Shown in pieces: positions 1 through 10,297 of a stretch of DNA of 64,000 nt; the stretch's first letter is position 1, and every line of letters starts with the position of its first letter. The stretch covers positions 10,533 through 74,532 of the forward strand of contig CANQUV010000014.1 in the NCBI GenBank assembly GCA_947627135.1. The letters run 5' to 3'. The stretch is from an uncultured Clostridia bacterium. Lineage in GTDB: Bacteria; Bacillota; Clostridia; Oscillospirales; Acutalibacteraceae. The notes under the pieces are model-generated. The model was not told the origin of the DNA, ran no database searches, and was given only the letters and a program-made list of their open reading frames with translations. The position numbers and the translations under genes were made by a program.

Positions 1-8
1 TTAAAAAA

Positions 9-1169
9 TTATTTAATAACTCTTACTCTGATCACACCGTCAATTTCTTTAATTGCAGATGTTACGGAAGCATCTGCTCCTGTTGTATCAATAACTGTAT
101 AAGCTACATCTTTACGACTTTTACTCTCCATATTTTCAACATTTGCGTTATTTTCAGTAACAGCTCCTAAAACCTTTGTAAGAATATTTGGCGTATTGTT
201 ATGCATTACGCAGAAACGAACATCGCCTGTTCTCGCCATTGTAACTGATGGATAGTTTACTGAATTTAAAATATTACCGTTTTCGAGATAATCTTTGATT
301 TCGTCAACAGCCATAATAGCACAGTTGTCTTCACTTTCAGGTGTTGAAGCTCCCAGGTGAGGCATAACTGTTACGCCTTCCTGACCTAAAATCTTATCGT
401 CACCGAAATCAGTTATATAAGCTGAAACTTTACCGCTCTTTAAACCTTCAAGAACTGCATCTTCATTAACAAGACCGTTACGGGAATAGTTGAGTATTCT
501 TACACCGTCTTTCATTTTTGCAAGAACTTCAGCATTTACCATATCTTTTGTGTCATCTGTAAGCGGAACATGGATTGTTAAATAATCGCAGTCAGTTAAA
601 ACCTCTTCAACACTGTTCTTTAAAACAATATGTCTGTTAAGCTTTAATGCGTTATTTACTGACATAAACGGATCAAAACCTACAACATTCATTCCAAGTG
701 CAATTGCAGCATTGGCAACTAAAATTCCGATGGCACCAAGTCCTACAACACCAAGTGTTTTGCCCATAATTTCAGGACCTACAAACTGACTCTTTCCTTT
801 TTCTATCATTTTTGCAACAGCGTCGCCGTTACCTTTTAATGTTTCTGCCCATTTTATACCGTCTACAATTTTTCTTGAACTTAAAAGAAGTCCTGTAATA
901 ACAAGTTCTTTAACTGCATTTGCGTTTGCTCCCGGAGAATTAAATACTACAATTCCCTTTTTTGCACATTCATCAACAGGAATGTTGTTTGTTCCTGCTC
1001 CTGCTCTTGCAATTGCCAAAAGTGACTCGGGCATTTTCATTTCGTGCATTGATGCGGAACGTACTAAAACTGCATCCGGATTTGTAATATCATCGCCGAA
1101 TGTGTAATTATCCCCTAAACGCCCTGTTCCCACAGGAGAAATTTTATTTAAAGTTAAAACATTAAACAT
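9..1169 (-). CDS. serA: D-3-phosphoglycerate dehydrogenase (2-hydroxyacid dehydrogenase fold with C-terminal ACT-like domain)
   Basis: 386-aa ORF. NAD-binding glycine-rich motif GVVGLGAIG, a D-isomer 2-hydroxyacid dehydrogenase core, and a C-terminal ~70-aa regulatory-type domain. Lies directly downstream of serC on the same strand. Confidence 0.85.
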   Translation of the reverse strand: MFNVLTLNKISPVGTGRLGDNYTFGDDITNPDAVLVRSASMHEMKMPESLLAIARAGAGTNNIPVDECAKKGIVVFNSPGANANAVKELVITGLLLSSRKIVDGIKWAETLKGNGDAVAKMIEKGKSQFVGPEIMGKTLGVVGLGAIGILVANAAIALGMNVVGFDPFMSVNNALKLNRHIVLKNSVEEVLTDCDYLTIHVPLTDDTKDMVNAEVLAKMKDGVRILNYSRNGLVNEDAVLEGLKSGKVSAYITDFGDDKILGQEGVTVMPHLGASTPESEDNCAIMAVDEIKDYLENGNILNSVNYPSVTMARTGDVRFCVMHNNTPNILTKVLGAVTENNANVENMESKSRKDVAYTVIDTTGADASVTSAIKEIDGVIRVRVIK

Positions 1170-1202
1170 TTTAAACCAACCCTTTTTAATATTTAATATA
1201 AA

Positions 1203-2288
1203 TTATTTATTTTCTGCTTCAAATTTCTTCATAAACTCTACAAGCTTTTCTACACCCTCATAAGGCATAGCATTGTAAATAGAAGCTCTCATACCGCCCA
1301 CTGTTCTGTGACCTTTAATATTAACAAAGCCGCTTTCAGTTGCTTCTTTAACAAATTTAGCGTCTAAATCTGCGTTGCCTGTTACAAAAGGAACATTCAT
1401 TAATGAACGATCTTCAGCAACAACCGTACCCTTAAATAATTCTGAACTGTCGAGAAAATCATAAAGTAACTTAGCCTTTTTCTCATTAAGTTCTTTCATT
1501 TTATCAAGACCGCCGATTTCGTTCTTTACCCATTCAAGAACAAGCTTGCAAATATAAATTGCATAACAAGGCGGTGTGTTAAATAAAGAATCGTTATCAG
1601 CGTGAGTCTTATAATTAAGCATCGTAGGAGTGATATCCATAGCGTTGCCGATTAAATCTTCTCTGATAATAACAATTGTTACACCTGAAGGTCCCATATT
1701 CTTCTGAGCGCCTGCAAATAAAAGTCCGAATTTTGAAACATCGATAGGTTCTGAAAGAATACATGATGAAATATCTGCTACAAGAGGAACATCTCCTGTA
1801 TCAGGAAGTTGATGATATACTGTACCGTATATTGTATTGTTCATACAAATGTAAGCATAATCTGCATCATCACGGAACATTGACTTATCTGTTTTAGGTA
1901 TATATGAGAATGTTTTATCTTCTGAAGATGCAACAATTTTTACATCGCCGTAACGAGCAGCTTCTTTAGCTGCTTTTTTAGCCCACTGACCTGTAACTAT
2001 GTAATCTGCCTTATTGTTTTTGTTCATAAGGTTTAATGCTGTCATGGCAAACTGTGTAGAACCGCCGCCCTGAAGGAATAAAACTTTGTAGTTATCAGGA
2101 ATATTCATAACTTCACGAAGTAATGCTTCTGCACCCTTGATAATTGCATCATAAGTCTTGCTTCTGTGGGACATTTCCATTACTGACTGACCGCTACCCT
2201 CGTAATCCAGCATTTCTGCGGCTGCTTTTTTGAGCACACTTTCAGGTAACATTGAAGGACCTGCTGAAAAATTATAAACTCTTGACAT
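1203..2288 (-). CDS. serC: phosphoserine aminotransferase
   Basis: N-terminus MSRVYNFSAGPSMLPESVL is the classic SerC start. AGGAG lies 10 nt upstream of the ATG at 2288. The ORF-track start at 2300 is a GTG inside that RBS. Confidence 0.9.
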   Translation of the reverse strand: MSRVYNFSAGPSMLPESVLKKAAAEMLDYEGSGQSVMEMSHRSKTYDAIIKGAEALLREVMNIPDNYKVLFLQGGGSTQFAMTALNLMNKNNKADYIVTGQWAKKAAKEAARYGDVKIVASSEDKTFSYIPKTDKSMFRDDADYAYICMNNTIYGTVYHQLPDTGDVPLVADISSCILSEPIDVSKFGLLFAGAQKNMGPSGVTIVIIREDLIGNAMDITPTMLNYKTHADNDSLFNTPPCYAIYICKLVLEWVKNEIGGLDKMKELNEKKAKLLYDFLDSSELFKGTVVAEDRSLMNVPFVTGNADLDAKFVKEATESGFVNIKGHRTVGGMRASIYNAMPYEGVEKLVEFMKKFEAENK

Positions 2289-2394
2289 ATTTCTAAACAC
2301 TCCTATATAAATTATTTTAACCGTATGTTACGATTATAACTCTAATACTTTTTAAAGTCAATAAATACATACATAATATGTATGTTTAATAAAC

Positions 2395-3336
2395 TTATTT
2401 TTGTAATTTTATTTCTCCGACAGAAGATAAAATTTCATCTCTCATACGAATAGCTTCTTTTCTTGCGGCTTGTGCGTATTCTTGCTCATTTGCATTTTGT
2501 TTTTTATATGCACACATAATTCCACGGCTTGAATTGATTACTGCTCCTAATCCGTTTTTATCAAAGGCATATTTAACATCATCTGCTCCTCCGCCCTGCG
2601 CACCGTAGCCCGGAACAAGGAAGAAAGTTGTGCTTAATTTTTCACGAAGCTCTTTTAGCTGCTTAGGATATGTTGCTCCTACAACTGCTCCAACTCCCGA
2701 ATACCCGTATTTACCTGTAAGTTCCTTGCCCCAATCCTCGCACATTTTTCCTATATGTTCGTAGATGGTTTCTCCGCTTTCACTTAATGTTAAGTTTTGA
2801 AGCTCACCTGAGCTGGGGTTTGATGTTTTTGCAAGAACAAAAATTCCTTTATCTTTGGTTTTGCAAATATTAAGTAAAGGTTTTATACCATCACTGCCTA
2901 AATATCCGTTTACTGTTAAGGCGTCTGCTCCAAAAGCTTCTGTCATTTTGCCCTCAATATCTGTTTCTCCTAAATGAGCAGTTGCATAGGCTTCCATTGT
3001 TGTACCGATATCGTTACGTTTACCGTCCGTTATTACAAACATACCCTTTAATTTTGCATATTTAATTGTTTCTGCAAGAGCCTTGACTCCCTGCCAACCG
3101 TACATTTCATAATATGCCGCCTGAGGTTTTACTGCAGGTACAATATCATAAAGATTATCAATAAGTCCCTTATTGAACTGCAAAAGTGCCTGTGCGGCAC
3201 CCTCAAGGTTTTTGCCGTATTTTGAAAAGCACTCTTCCTTAATATATGAGGGAACATAATCAAGCTTCGGGTCAAGTCCTGCAACGGTAGGATTTTGCTT
3301 TTCTGCAATTTTTTTTATCAATCTGTCAAGTGACAT
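2395..3336 (-). CDS. pyrF: orotidine-5'-phosphate decarboxylase (long, type 2 form)
   Basis: 313 aa. The VAGLDPKLDYVP and DGKRNDIG motifs are typical of type 2 OMP decarboxylases. Confidence 0.85.
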   Translation of the reverse strand: MSLDRLIKKIAEKQNPTVAGLDPKLDYVPSYIKEECFSKYGKNLEGAAQALLQFNKGLIDNLYDIVPAVKPQAAYYEMYGWQGVKALAETIKYAKLKGMFVITDGKRNDIGTTMEAYATAHLGETDIEGKMTEAFGADALTVNGYLGSDGIKPLLNICKTKDKGIFVLAKTSNPSSGELQNLTLSESGETIYEHIGKMCEDWGKELTGKYGYSGVGAVVGATYPKQLKELREKLSTTFFLVPGYGAQGGGADDVKYAFDKNGLGAVINSSRGIMCAYKKQNANEQEYAQAARKEAIRMRDEILSSVGEIKLQK

Positions 3337-3406
3337 ATTTATTCTCCTTTACTAATTTGACTTGCGAAACCTCTTAACAAGTGGAACTGTTGAGGTAATT
3401 TTAATA

Positions 3407-3844
3407 TTATAAAAATCCCAGCTTTTCAGCCTGCTTTATAAGTTTTGGCTGAATCAGCGGATAAGTCCAGCTATCAGGCAATTTATCCGTAATGATTATT
3501 TTTTCAATTTCACTGTGTATTTCCTTTTCAAAAGACTTTATATCAGCAAAATAAAGCATACCGAATGTTTCTTCATCAGTATTTTCATTAACTCTTGTTT
3601 TTCCCGTAACGGAATATACGCAAACAGGCTTAATTTCAAAATCAATGGCTCCTGTTTCTTCCATAAGTTCACGCTTTGCCGTATATAAAATATCTTCTCC
3701 TGTTTCACGGTGTCCGCCGGGGATTTCATAGGTATCTCTTTCTTTATGTTTGCAAAATACCCATTTACCCTCATATTTAGAAATTATCACGGCAAATTTT
3801 AATTTTGTATCATCAACTGTTTTATAAAACTTTACTTCAAGCAT
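3407..3844 (-). CDS. NUDIX hydrolase
   Basis: Nudix box GGHRETGEDILYTAKRELMEETG. Confidence 0.8.
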   Translation of the reverse strand: MLEVKFYKTVDDTKLKFAVIISKYEGKWVFCKHKERDTYEIPGGHRETGEDILYTAKRELMEETGAIDFEIKPVCVYSVTGKTRVNENTDEETFGMLYFADIKSFEKEIHSEIEKIIITDKLPDSWTYPLIQPKLIKQAEKLGFL

Positions 3845-3845
3845 T

Positions 3846-4190
3846 TTAAATCACCTTAATTTCTATTCCCAAAACTCCGTATTTTCTTTGCATTTCCCTT
3901 GAATAATAAACATCCATATCACTTGCCTTGGCGCTTGCAATATCCTCTTTTGTATATCCGCATTTTAAAAGAGGCAGGCTTTTATACAACTCATCAAAGG
4001 AATCAAAATGATGTATTGCCGTAATTTTTGCAATAAGTTTTAATTTTGGGTCTTCTGTATTTATAAATTCGATTTCATCGCCTTTATTTAACAAGCTTCG
4101 TTTTTCGTCATTAAGTCTAAGTTCAATGGTTTTTTGACCTGTTTTTATCATATAAAACGGCGACGGGTTTAATCTCATTTGATGTATCAT
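3846..4190 (-). CDS. ASCH-domain protein
   Basis: 114 aa. The N-terminal segment ...PFYMIKTGQKTIELRLNDEKR... resembles the ASCH/PUA-like beta-barrel family. Confidence 0.6.
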   Translation of the reverse strand: MIHQMRLNPSPFYMIKTGQKTIELRLNDEKRSLLNKGDEIEFINTEDPKLKLIAKITAIHHFDSFDELYKSLPLLKCGYTKEDIASAKASDMDVYYSREMQRKYGVLGIEIKVI

Positions 4191-4199
4191 AATTTAAAA

Positions 4200-5180
4200 T
4201 CAGCTATTGATAATATCATAAAGCTCGTTTACAAACTTTGAGTAATCTTTTCTTTCTTCTTTTACATAAGAAATTGCAGGACGGGGATGAGTATTATACT
4301 GACCTGTAAGCATATAAGGAATATCATATCCCCATTTTACTCCGTCTGCTTTAAGCTTTTGAGTATGCTCCTCAATAACCTTAAGAATAGGATTAACCTT
4401 ATATTTTGGATTTTTAAGGAATCCCAGCAAAAGCTCAAGCGCACAGTTTCCTGCACCTCTGCCCATTCCGTCAACAGTAGCGTCAAGATAGCTTACGCCC
4501 TGCGTCATGGCTTCGATTGTATTTGCAAAAGCAAGCTGTTGGTTATTGTGAGCGTGAATACCTACAACCTTATTATATTTATCTGCAATTTCACAGTAAA
4601 GCTCTGCAAGTCTTCTTGACTGTTCAGGATACAAAGCACCGTAGCTGTCAACAATATAAAATGCGTTAACAGGGCTTTTTCCAAGAATTTCAAGAGCCTT
4701 TACAATATCCTCTGTGTTAGCCTTTGACACAGCCATAATATTTATGGTTGTTTCATAGCCTTTCTTTGCACAGTCCTCAATTATTTCAACTGCTGCGGGA
4801 ATCGTATTGATATATGTAGCAATTCTTACTAAATCAATAGGACTTTCCTTTTTGGGAATAATATCCTTTTCAAAGTCTGTTCTTCCCACATCTGCCATTA
4901 CGGCAATTTTCAGCTTTGTTTTGTTATCTCCGATGATCTTTCTAATATCGTCATCATTACAAAATTTCCATTTCCCGAAGTCATCCACATTAAAAATCTC
5001 TTTTGAAGCCTTATAACCAAACTCCATATAATCTACCCCGGCCTTTACATTTGCCTGATACAAATCTTTTATAAATTTATCATCAAACCTAAAGTCGTTA
5101 CATAATCCACCGTCTCGAATTGTAGCGTCTACAACTCTGATATCTTGCCTTACTGAAAGTAAATCTCCTTTTTGTGCCAT
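4200..5180 (-). CDS. HMGL-like (DRE-TIM) aldolase / pyruvate carboxyltransferase-domain protein
   Basis: DATIRDGG motif at the N-terminus and HAHNN metal-site motif. GGAGGA lies 8 nt upstream of the ATG at 5180 (MAQKGD...), so the start is trimmed from the ORF-track 5195. Confidence 0.7.
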   Translation of the reverse strand: MAQKGDLLSVRQDIRVVDATIRDGGLCNDFRFDDKFIKDLYQANVKAGVDYMEFGYKASKEIFNVDDFGKWKFCNDDDIRKIIGDNKTKLKIAVMADVGRTDFEKDIIPKKESPIDLVRIATYINTIPAAVEIIEDCAKKGYETTINIMAVSKANTEDIVKALEILGKSPVNAFYIVDSYGALYPEQSRRLAELYCEIADKYNKVVGIHAHNNQQLAFANTIEAMTQGVSYLDATVDGMGRGAGNCALELLLGFLKNPKYKVNPILKVIEEHTQKLKADGVKWGYDIPYMLTGQYNTHPRPAISYVKEERKDYSKFVNELYDIINS

Positions 5181-5210
5181 TTTATCATCCTCCATATATT
5201 AAAATTTTTA

Positions 5211-6479
5211 TTAATCTTTAAAAACAATCTCGCCGTCTTTTATAGTATATTTGACCTTTCCCTGTAATGTCATATTTTTAAATGGTGTGTTTTTGCTTTT
5301 ACCGTGTAGTTTGTTTACATCAACTGTCCATTTTTCATTTATGTCGAAAATCACAATGTCTGCCGGCGCTCCTGTTTTAAGAGTTCCGCCGCAAATTTTT
5401 AATATTCTTGCAGGGTTTGTACTCATTTTTTCAATTAGTTGATTGATTGTTAATTTATTTGTTGCAACCAAGTTTGTTATACCCGCCGAAAGTGATGTTT
5501 CCATTCCTATTGATCCGTTTGGCGCAGTTGTAAAGTCTGATTTTTCTTCCGGTGTATGAGGTGCATGGTCGGTAGCGATTGCATCAAGGGTGCCGTCATG
5601 CAAGCCTTCTATAATTGCCTGTTTGTCTTCTTCTGTTCGTAAAGGCGGATTCATTCTGAAATCTGCATCCCTTTTTAGAAGTTCCTGTTCCGTAAAGGTA
5701 AAATAATGGGGAGCTGTTTCGGCAGTAACCTTTACTCCTCTTCTTTTTGCGTCCCTTATTAATGCAACTGATGTTTTTGTGCTTACGTGGCAAATATGAA
5801 CGGGAACATTATCCGCCGCCGCAAGGGCAATTTCTCTGGCTGTTCCGCAATCTTCTGCCGCTGCGGGAATTCCCTGAATATTAATCTGCTCTGAAACCTT
5901 TCCCTCGTTAATTTTTCCTTTTCCTGCTAAAAACAGGTCTTCACAATGAGCAACGACCGTCATTTTATTTTGGCTTGCAAACTTCATAGCATTTCTAAGC
6001 ATCGCTGTATTTTCAACGGGTCTGCCGTCATCAGATAAAGCGATCGCTCCTGCATATTTTAATGCTTTAAGATCGCTTGGCTCTTTGCTTTTCAGACCTT
6101 TTGTAATGCTTGCCGCAACATAAACCTTACTGCTTGCAGTTTTTGCTTTATCTAAAATATAATTTACGGTTTCTTCGTTATCTGTTGTGGGAACGGTATT
6201 TGGCATCGCCAGCAAAGAGGTAACTCCTCCTGCTGCTGCGGCATTACAGCCTGTTATAATATCTTCCTTTTGGGTTTGACCCGGGTCTCGCAAATGAACA
6301 TGCATATCAACAAGCCCAGGAGCCGAAATTAATCCCTTAGCCTCAATAACATTATCGCACTCGGGCATTTCTCCGCCGATTTGCATAATATGTCCGTCTT
6401 TAACATAAATATCCGCCTGAAAATCAATATTTTGAGAAGGATCAATCACTCTGGAATTTTTTATTATTAAATCTTTCAT
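5211..6479 (-). CDS. pyrC: dihydroorotase
   Basis: 422 aa. DMHVHLRDPG metal-binding motif and a later DHAPH motif, in the amidohydrolase fold. Confidence 0.9.
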   Translation of the reverse strand: MKDLIIKNSRVIDPSQNIDFQADIYVKDGHIMQIGGEMPECDNVIEAKGLISAPGLVDMHVHLRDPGQTQKEDIITGCNAAAAGGVTSLLAMPNTVPTTDNEETVNYILDKAKTASSKVYVAASITKGLKSKEPSDLKALKYAGAIALSDDGRPVENTAMLRNAMKFASQNKMTVVAHCEDLFLAGKGKINEGKVSEQINIQGIPAAAEDCGTAREIALAAADNVPVHICHVSTKTSVALIRDAKRRGVKVTAETAPHYFTFTEQELLKRDADFRMNPPLRTEEDKQAIIEGLHDGTLDAIATDHAPHTPEEKSDFTTAPNGSIGMETSLSAGITNLVATNKLTINQLIEKMSTNPARILKICGGTLKTGAPADIVIFDINEKWTVDVNKLHGKSKNTPFKNMTLQGKVKYTIKDGEIVFKD

Positions 6480-6497
6480 AGGCTTTTCCTTATTAAT

Positions 6498-8297
6498 TTA
6501 CTTGTCTTTATTATTTTGTACCGGATATTCGTTTCTGCTGTGTACCTTTAAAAGACCATTTGCATCTTTAGATATATTTTGCTGTTTTCTTCTTAAATTT
6601 TCTTCTCTTCTTCGCTTTGCTTCCTCGTACTGACGTCGTTTAATCATTTCAGCCTTACGACGCTTACGCATGGTTATATTTCTCTTTATCATTCTGTAAA
6701 GATTTGTGAAAAAATATCCTAAATGTATAAAAAATGATTTTACTCCGTTTAAGAAAATTAAAATTCCGTTAAGAATTACTGCACCAACAGTTTTTGCTTT
6801 TTTCTTAACAATCTCTTTATTTACACTGCTTACATGGTTTCTTTCATTTCTTTCATAATTATCTTCATCATCAACAGTTTTTCTGGAATAAATATCATTA
6901 TCTAATTCTAATTCTTCATCAAAATAGTCCTCGCTTTGCTCAAAACTTCTCTCACTTCCGATTACAGGACTATCCTCGAAATCTACATATTCTTCTTCAT
7001 ATTCTTCTTCATATTCCTCTTCTTCATCTTTGCTATATTCCTGTGTTACTTCACCCTCAAAATGGCTATGTGATACTACTTTGGTTTTCTTAAACGATTC
7101 TTCTTCATACTTATCTGTTACAGAATCTTTCTGTTCGGCTTCTTTAGTTTCTTTATCAGGAGTAACAACTTTTAATATAGGATTTTCTTCTGAGGTAAAT
7201 GCTGTATTGCTATTTTTATTTTGTGTCTCTTTTTCACTTGACGTACTAACTATATTATTTTCACTTACAATACTGATATTATCTGAATTTATCTTTTTTT
7301 CTTCTGTTTTTGCTTCTTCTTTTGACAAAGCCTCTCTTTTTTTATTGATTTCTTCAAAATCTTTTGAATTTCTGAACTGTGTAATAATATCATCTGCAGT
7401 TTCTTCATCATAGGCTGAATTCTTTAATGCTTTTTCTGTTGGAGACATATCTCCCGAAAAATTATTTTGTGAAATAATCGGATGAGATGAATATTCCTTT
7501 GCAAGCTCTGAAAGTATCTCTTGATTTTTGATTTTTTTCTCGTTGTTTTTTATATTTTTTTTCTTTTTCTTGTGCTTTTTCTTTATCATAAAAACAATAA
7601 GAACAATTAATATGATTATTACAAATACTATTATCCAAAAAATTGGATTTGTAATTAAATTCTTCACTTCAAACATTTTATGACCGTCAAACTCTACACT
7701 TTGAAGTATAATATCCATATTCTGATAATCTTCATTTGTAAGCTCGCTGTCTTTTGCAGGCTGCAAGGTTAATGTAATATTTTGACCGTCAATTACTGTG
7801 TTGCATTGAGTTGCATATACAGTTTGATCGTTTGATTTTGTTTTTAGCTGTAACTGCATAAATACATAATTGTTATATCTTTTAACTGTACAGCTTGTAT
7901 ATTCCGCTTCCGCTAAAAAGGAATTTTGAACATTTAAAAGCTGCTCATCATTTAAATCACTATAATTGCCCACGCTTTTACTGTTTTCATCAGAAAACAT
8001 TGTAACAGTAAAAACTCTTGAGCTGTCTTCATACATACCTTGCAAATAAATATTGTTACTATTAAAATTGTTCATAGTTGTAGAATAATCTAAACCAAAA
8101 AGAGAAAAATATTTATCTGTTTCGGGACTCTCTCTTGTAATTGCATACATATTATCAGGTAGATCTAAACCCATATTCAGTTCTTTTATGTAATAATGAT
8201 TTTCTGCAGCAAACGCTGAAAAACATGAAAAAGACAATAGCATTAAAACTACAAAAAAAACGGAATAAATACAAAATCCTTTCCTCATATTAAACAT
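6498..8297 (-). CDS. membrane protein with signal peptide, ~200-aa extracytoplasmic domain, TM helix and long E/K-rich low-complexity cytoplasmic region
   Basis: N-terminal hydrophobic signal ending FSAFAAE. TM segment IFWIIVFVIIILIVLIVFMI followed by KKKHKKKKK. Acidic repeats EEEYEEEYEEEY. A second hydrophobic segment and a basic tail follow. No recognised catalytic motif. Confidence 0.5.
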   Translation of the reverse strand: MFNMRKGFCIYSVFFVVLMLLSFSCFSAFAAENHYYIKELNMGLDLPDNMYAITRESPETDKYFSLFGLDYSTTMNNFNSNNIYLQGMYEDSSRVFTVTMFSDENSKSVGNYSDLNDEQLLNVQNSFLAEAEYTSCTVKRYNNYVFMQLQLKTKSNDQTVYATQCNTVIDGQNITLTLQPAKDSELTNEDYQNMDIILQSVEFDGHKMFEVKNLITNPIFWIIVFVIIILIVLIVFMIKKKHKKKKKNIKNNEKKIKNQEILSELAKEYSSHPIISQNNFSGDMSPTEKALKNSAYDEETADDIITQFRNSKDFEEINKKREALSKEEAKTEEKKINSDNISIVSENNIVSTSSEKETQNKNSNTAFTSEENPILKVVTPDKETKEAEQKDSVTDKYEEESFKKTKVVSHSHFEGEVTQEYSKDEEEEYEEEYEEEYVDFEDSPVIGSERSFEQSEDYFDEELELDNDIYSRKTVDDEDNYERNERNHVSSVNKEIVKKKAKTVGAVILNGILIFLNGVKSFFIHLGYFFTNLYRMIKRNITMRKRRKAEMIKRRQYEEAKRRREENLRRKQQNISKDANGLLKVHSRNEYPVQNNKDK

Positions 8298-8448
8298 CCC
8301 TTTTACTTATTCTTTATAAAAAATACTCATACATTTTTATTATACAAAAAAATAATGTAAAAGACAAGAGCAAAAATAAAAATACAGTCTTGACAATTGA
8401 AAACGGTTACTGTATAATAATAAAGCTTTATAAAAAAGATAACTATTT

Positions 8449-8525
8449 CGAGGTGTAACTCAGTTTGGTAGAGTGCTTGGTTTGGGACCAAGATGCCGCA
8501 GGTTCAAGTCCTGTCACCTCGACCA
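8449..8525 (+). tRNA. tRNA-Pro (anticodon UGG)
   Basis: Cloverleaf read by eye. 7-bp acceptor stem CGAGGTG/CACCTCG, anticodon loop TTTGGGA with TGG at 8483-8485, T-loop TTCAAGT, encoded CCA. Confidence 0.9.
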
Positions 8526-8531
8526 TAAAAT

Positions 8532-8563
8532 AAGGAATGCCCTTGGGTATTCCTTATTTTTTT
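8532..8563 (+). terminator. intrinsic terminator after tRNA-Pro
   Basis: Hairpin AAGGAATGCCC/GGGTATTCCTT followed by a T-run. Confidence 0.7.
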
Positions 8564-9026
8564 AATGAAAGTAGTTGAAATAATTTAAAGTTAAATTTTA
8601 ATTAAAAACTTAGTGTGGCGTTTTTAGTAAGAATATATAAATAATATACTTCATCAAACCACAAGAATAAAATGAAATTCTTTACATAATAAACTTATGT
8701 TACCCCCTCCAATTGAATTTTAAAAATCTAATGAGGATTTTAATTTTTCACTAACAACTTCTTACATTATACTATTTGAGAGTTGATTTTTGTAAATAAT
8801 AGCGAAATTTCATTTTAAGCTCTGCTTTTTAAATAATTAAATTAATAATTATTTATTAAAAAATTTTAAAGTCAAAAGTTAAAAATATTTTTATGATCTT
8901 TTGCAAATAGATCTTAATACCTACTAATATAAACCTATTGAAATCTTAACCTTTACATGATAAAATTATTTTTATAAAAATTATTATATAAGTTTACATT
9001 TTAATAATTTTAAAGGAGAAATTTCA

Positions 9027-10097
9027 ATGTCTGATACATCTATATTAAAAAAAAGAGTTTTTTCTTATGATATAATACGAATCATAGCTGTTTTAGCAGT
9101 TATTATGATTCATTCATCGGTAGGTTTCGTTACAAGTAACCCGCAATCCACTAACTTTATTTTCGGTAATATTTTTGACGGCATGTCTAGAATTGGCGTA
9201 CCGTTGTTTGTAATGATTTCCGGAGCACTGATGTTAGATGAAAACAAAACTGTTACTATAAAAATAATGCTTAAGTATGCCTTGAGAATTTTTATACTTC
9301 TATGTATATGGTCGCTGTTGTATGCATTTGTATATCAAATTATAAATCCAATAATTAATAATGCTTCTATTTCAATGGACAAGTTTTGGAACGCATTTGT
9401 TTACGGACATTATCATTTATGGTATCTGTATATGCTGATTGGGCTATACTTAATAACACCTATATTAAAAACATTTGTAAAGAAATCAAATGAAAAAATA
9501 ATTCTTTATTTTATAACTCTTGCTGTAATTATTCAATTCACTATACCTCTATGTAATTTATTGATTAATCAAATTACGGGAACAACTAATTTACTGCAAA
9601 ACTTTTTCAGCAAATTTCAGTTAGGTTTTGTCGGGCAATACACTGCATACTATCTTTTAGGCTGGTATATTACAAACATAAATATAAAAAAGAAACACAG
9701 AAATTTATTGTATGCGTTAGGAGTTGTCGGATTATTGATAACCATATTAGGACCTCAGCTATTAATAAACGATACAAATAAAATATACAACAATTTTTAT
9801 TCGGATACGAGCATAAATGTTATGTGTTACAGCGTAGGAGTTTTTGCATTCTTCTTTTACTCTTTAAGTAATAAAAAATACAAACGAAATAGTTCATTTA
9901 TTATGACACTGTCAAATTTAACATTCGGCGTATATTTAATTCACCCGTATATTTTATATCTATTGGGCAAGTTCATTAATACAGGAAATGCATTGACTCA
10001 AGTACCGTTGAATTGGATAACAGCAACTATAATTTCATTCATTATTGTATTTTTAATGTCAAAAATCCCATTGTTAAAAAAGCTTGTAAGGTTTTAA
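9027..10097 (+). CDS. acyltransferase family 3 (integral membrane O-acyltransferase)
   Basis: 356 aa and polytopic. The N-terminal segment FSYDIIRIIAVLAVIMIHS is typical of Acyl_transf_3. AAAGGAG RBS upstream. Confidence 0.7.
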   Translation: MSDTSILKKRVFSYDIIRIIAVLAVIMIHSSVGFVTSNPQSTNFIFGNIFDGMSRIGVPLFVMISGALMLDENKTVTIKIMLKYALRIFILLCIWSLLYAFVYQIINPIINNASISMDKFWNAFVYGHYHLWYLYMLIGLYLITPILKTFVKKSNEKIILYFITLAVIIQFTIPLCNLLINQITGTTNLLQNFFSKFQLGFVGQYTAYYLLGWYITNINIKKKHRNLLYALGVVGLLITILGPQLLINDTNKIYNNFYSDTSINVMCYSVGVFAFFFYSLSNKKYKRNSSFIMTLSNLTFGVYLIHPYILYLLGKFINTGNALTQVPLNWITATIISFIIVFLMSKIPLLKKLVRF

Positions 10098-10213
10098 AAA
10101 TACAGGTAAATCTTTTATTATTTTAATTTTCAAATTACTTATTTTATAACTTATTATTTTTCTTTATATTAAAATACAAAAACAAAGTCAATTAATTTTA
10201 AAAAGTTACATAT

Positions 10214-10275
10214 TGTGCCGCAATAATACAAATTTTGTCATATTTATTGACAATTTTTTTCACATTATTTATTTT
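10214..10275 (+). promoter_or_regulatory. putative AgrA(LytTR)-dependent promoter of agrB
   Basis: Half-sites GTGCCG (G at 10217) and TTGTCA (G at 10237) lie 20 bp apart. The proximal half-site is 10 bp from -35 TTGACA (10247-10252). A 17-bp spacer leads to a weak -10 TATTTT (10270-10275). Geometry matches the modules at 10905 and 13517. Confidence 0.45.
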
Positions 10276-10297
10276 ATTTATAAAGAAGGCTGGTAAT

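Noticed and set aside
10235-10297. Upstream extension of agrB (track start at 10235)
   Set aside because: The extension would begin inside the proposed half-site/-35 region and has no RBS. The ATG at 10298 follows GAAGG and gives an N-terminus typical of AgrB.
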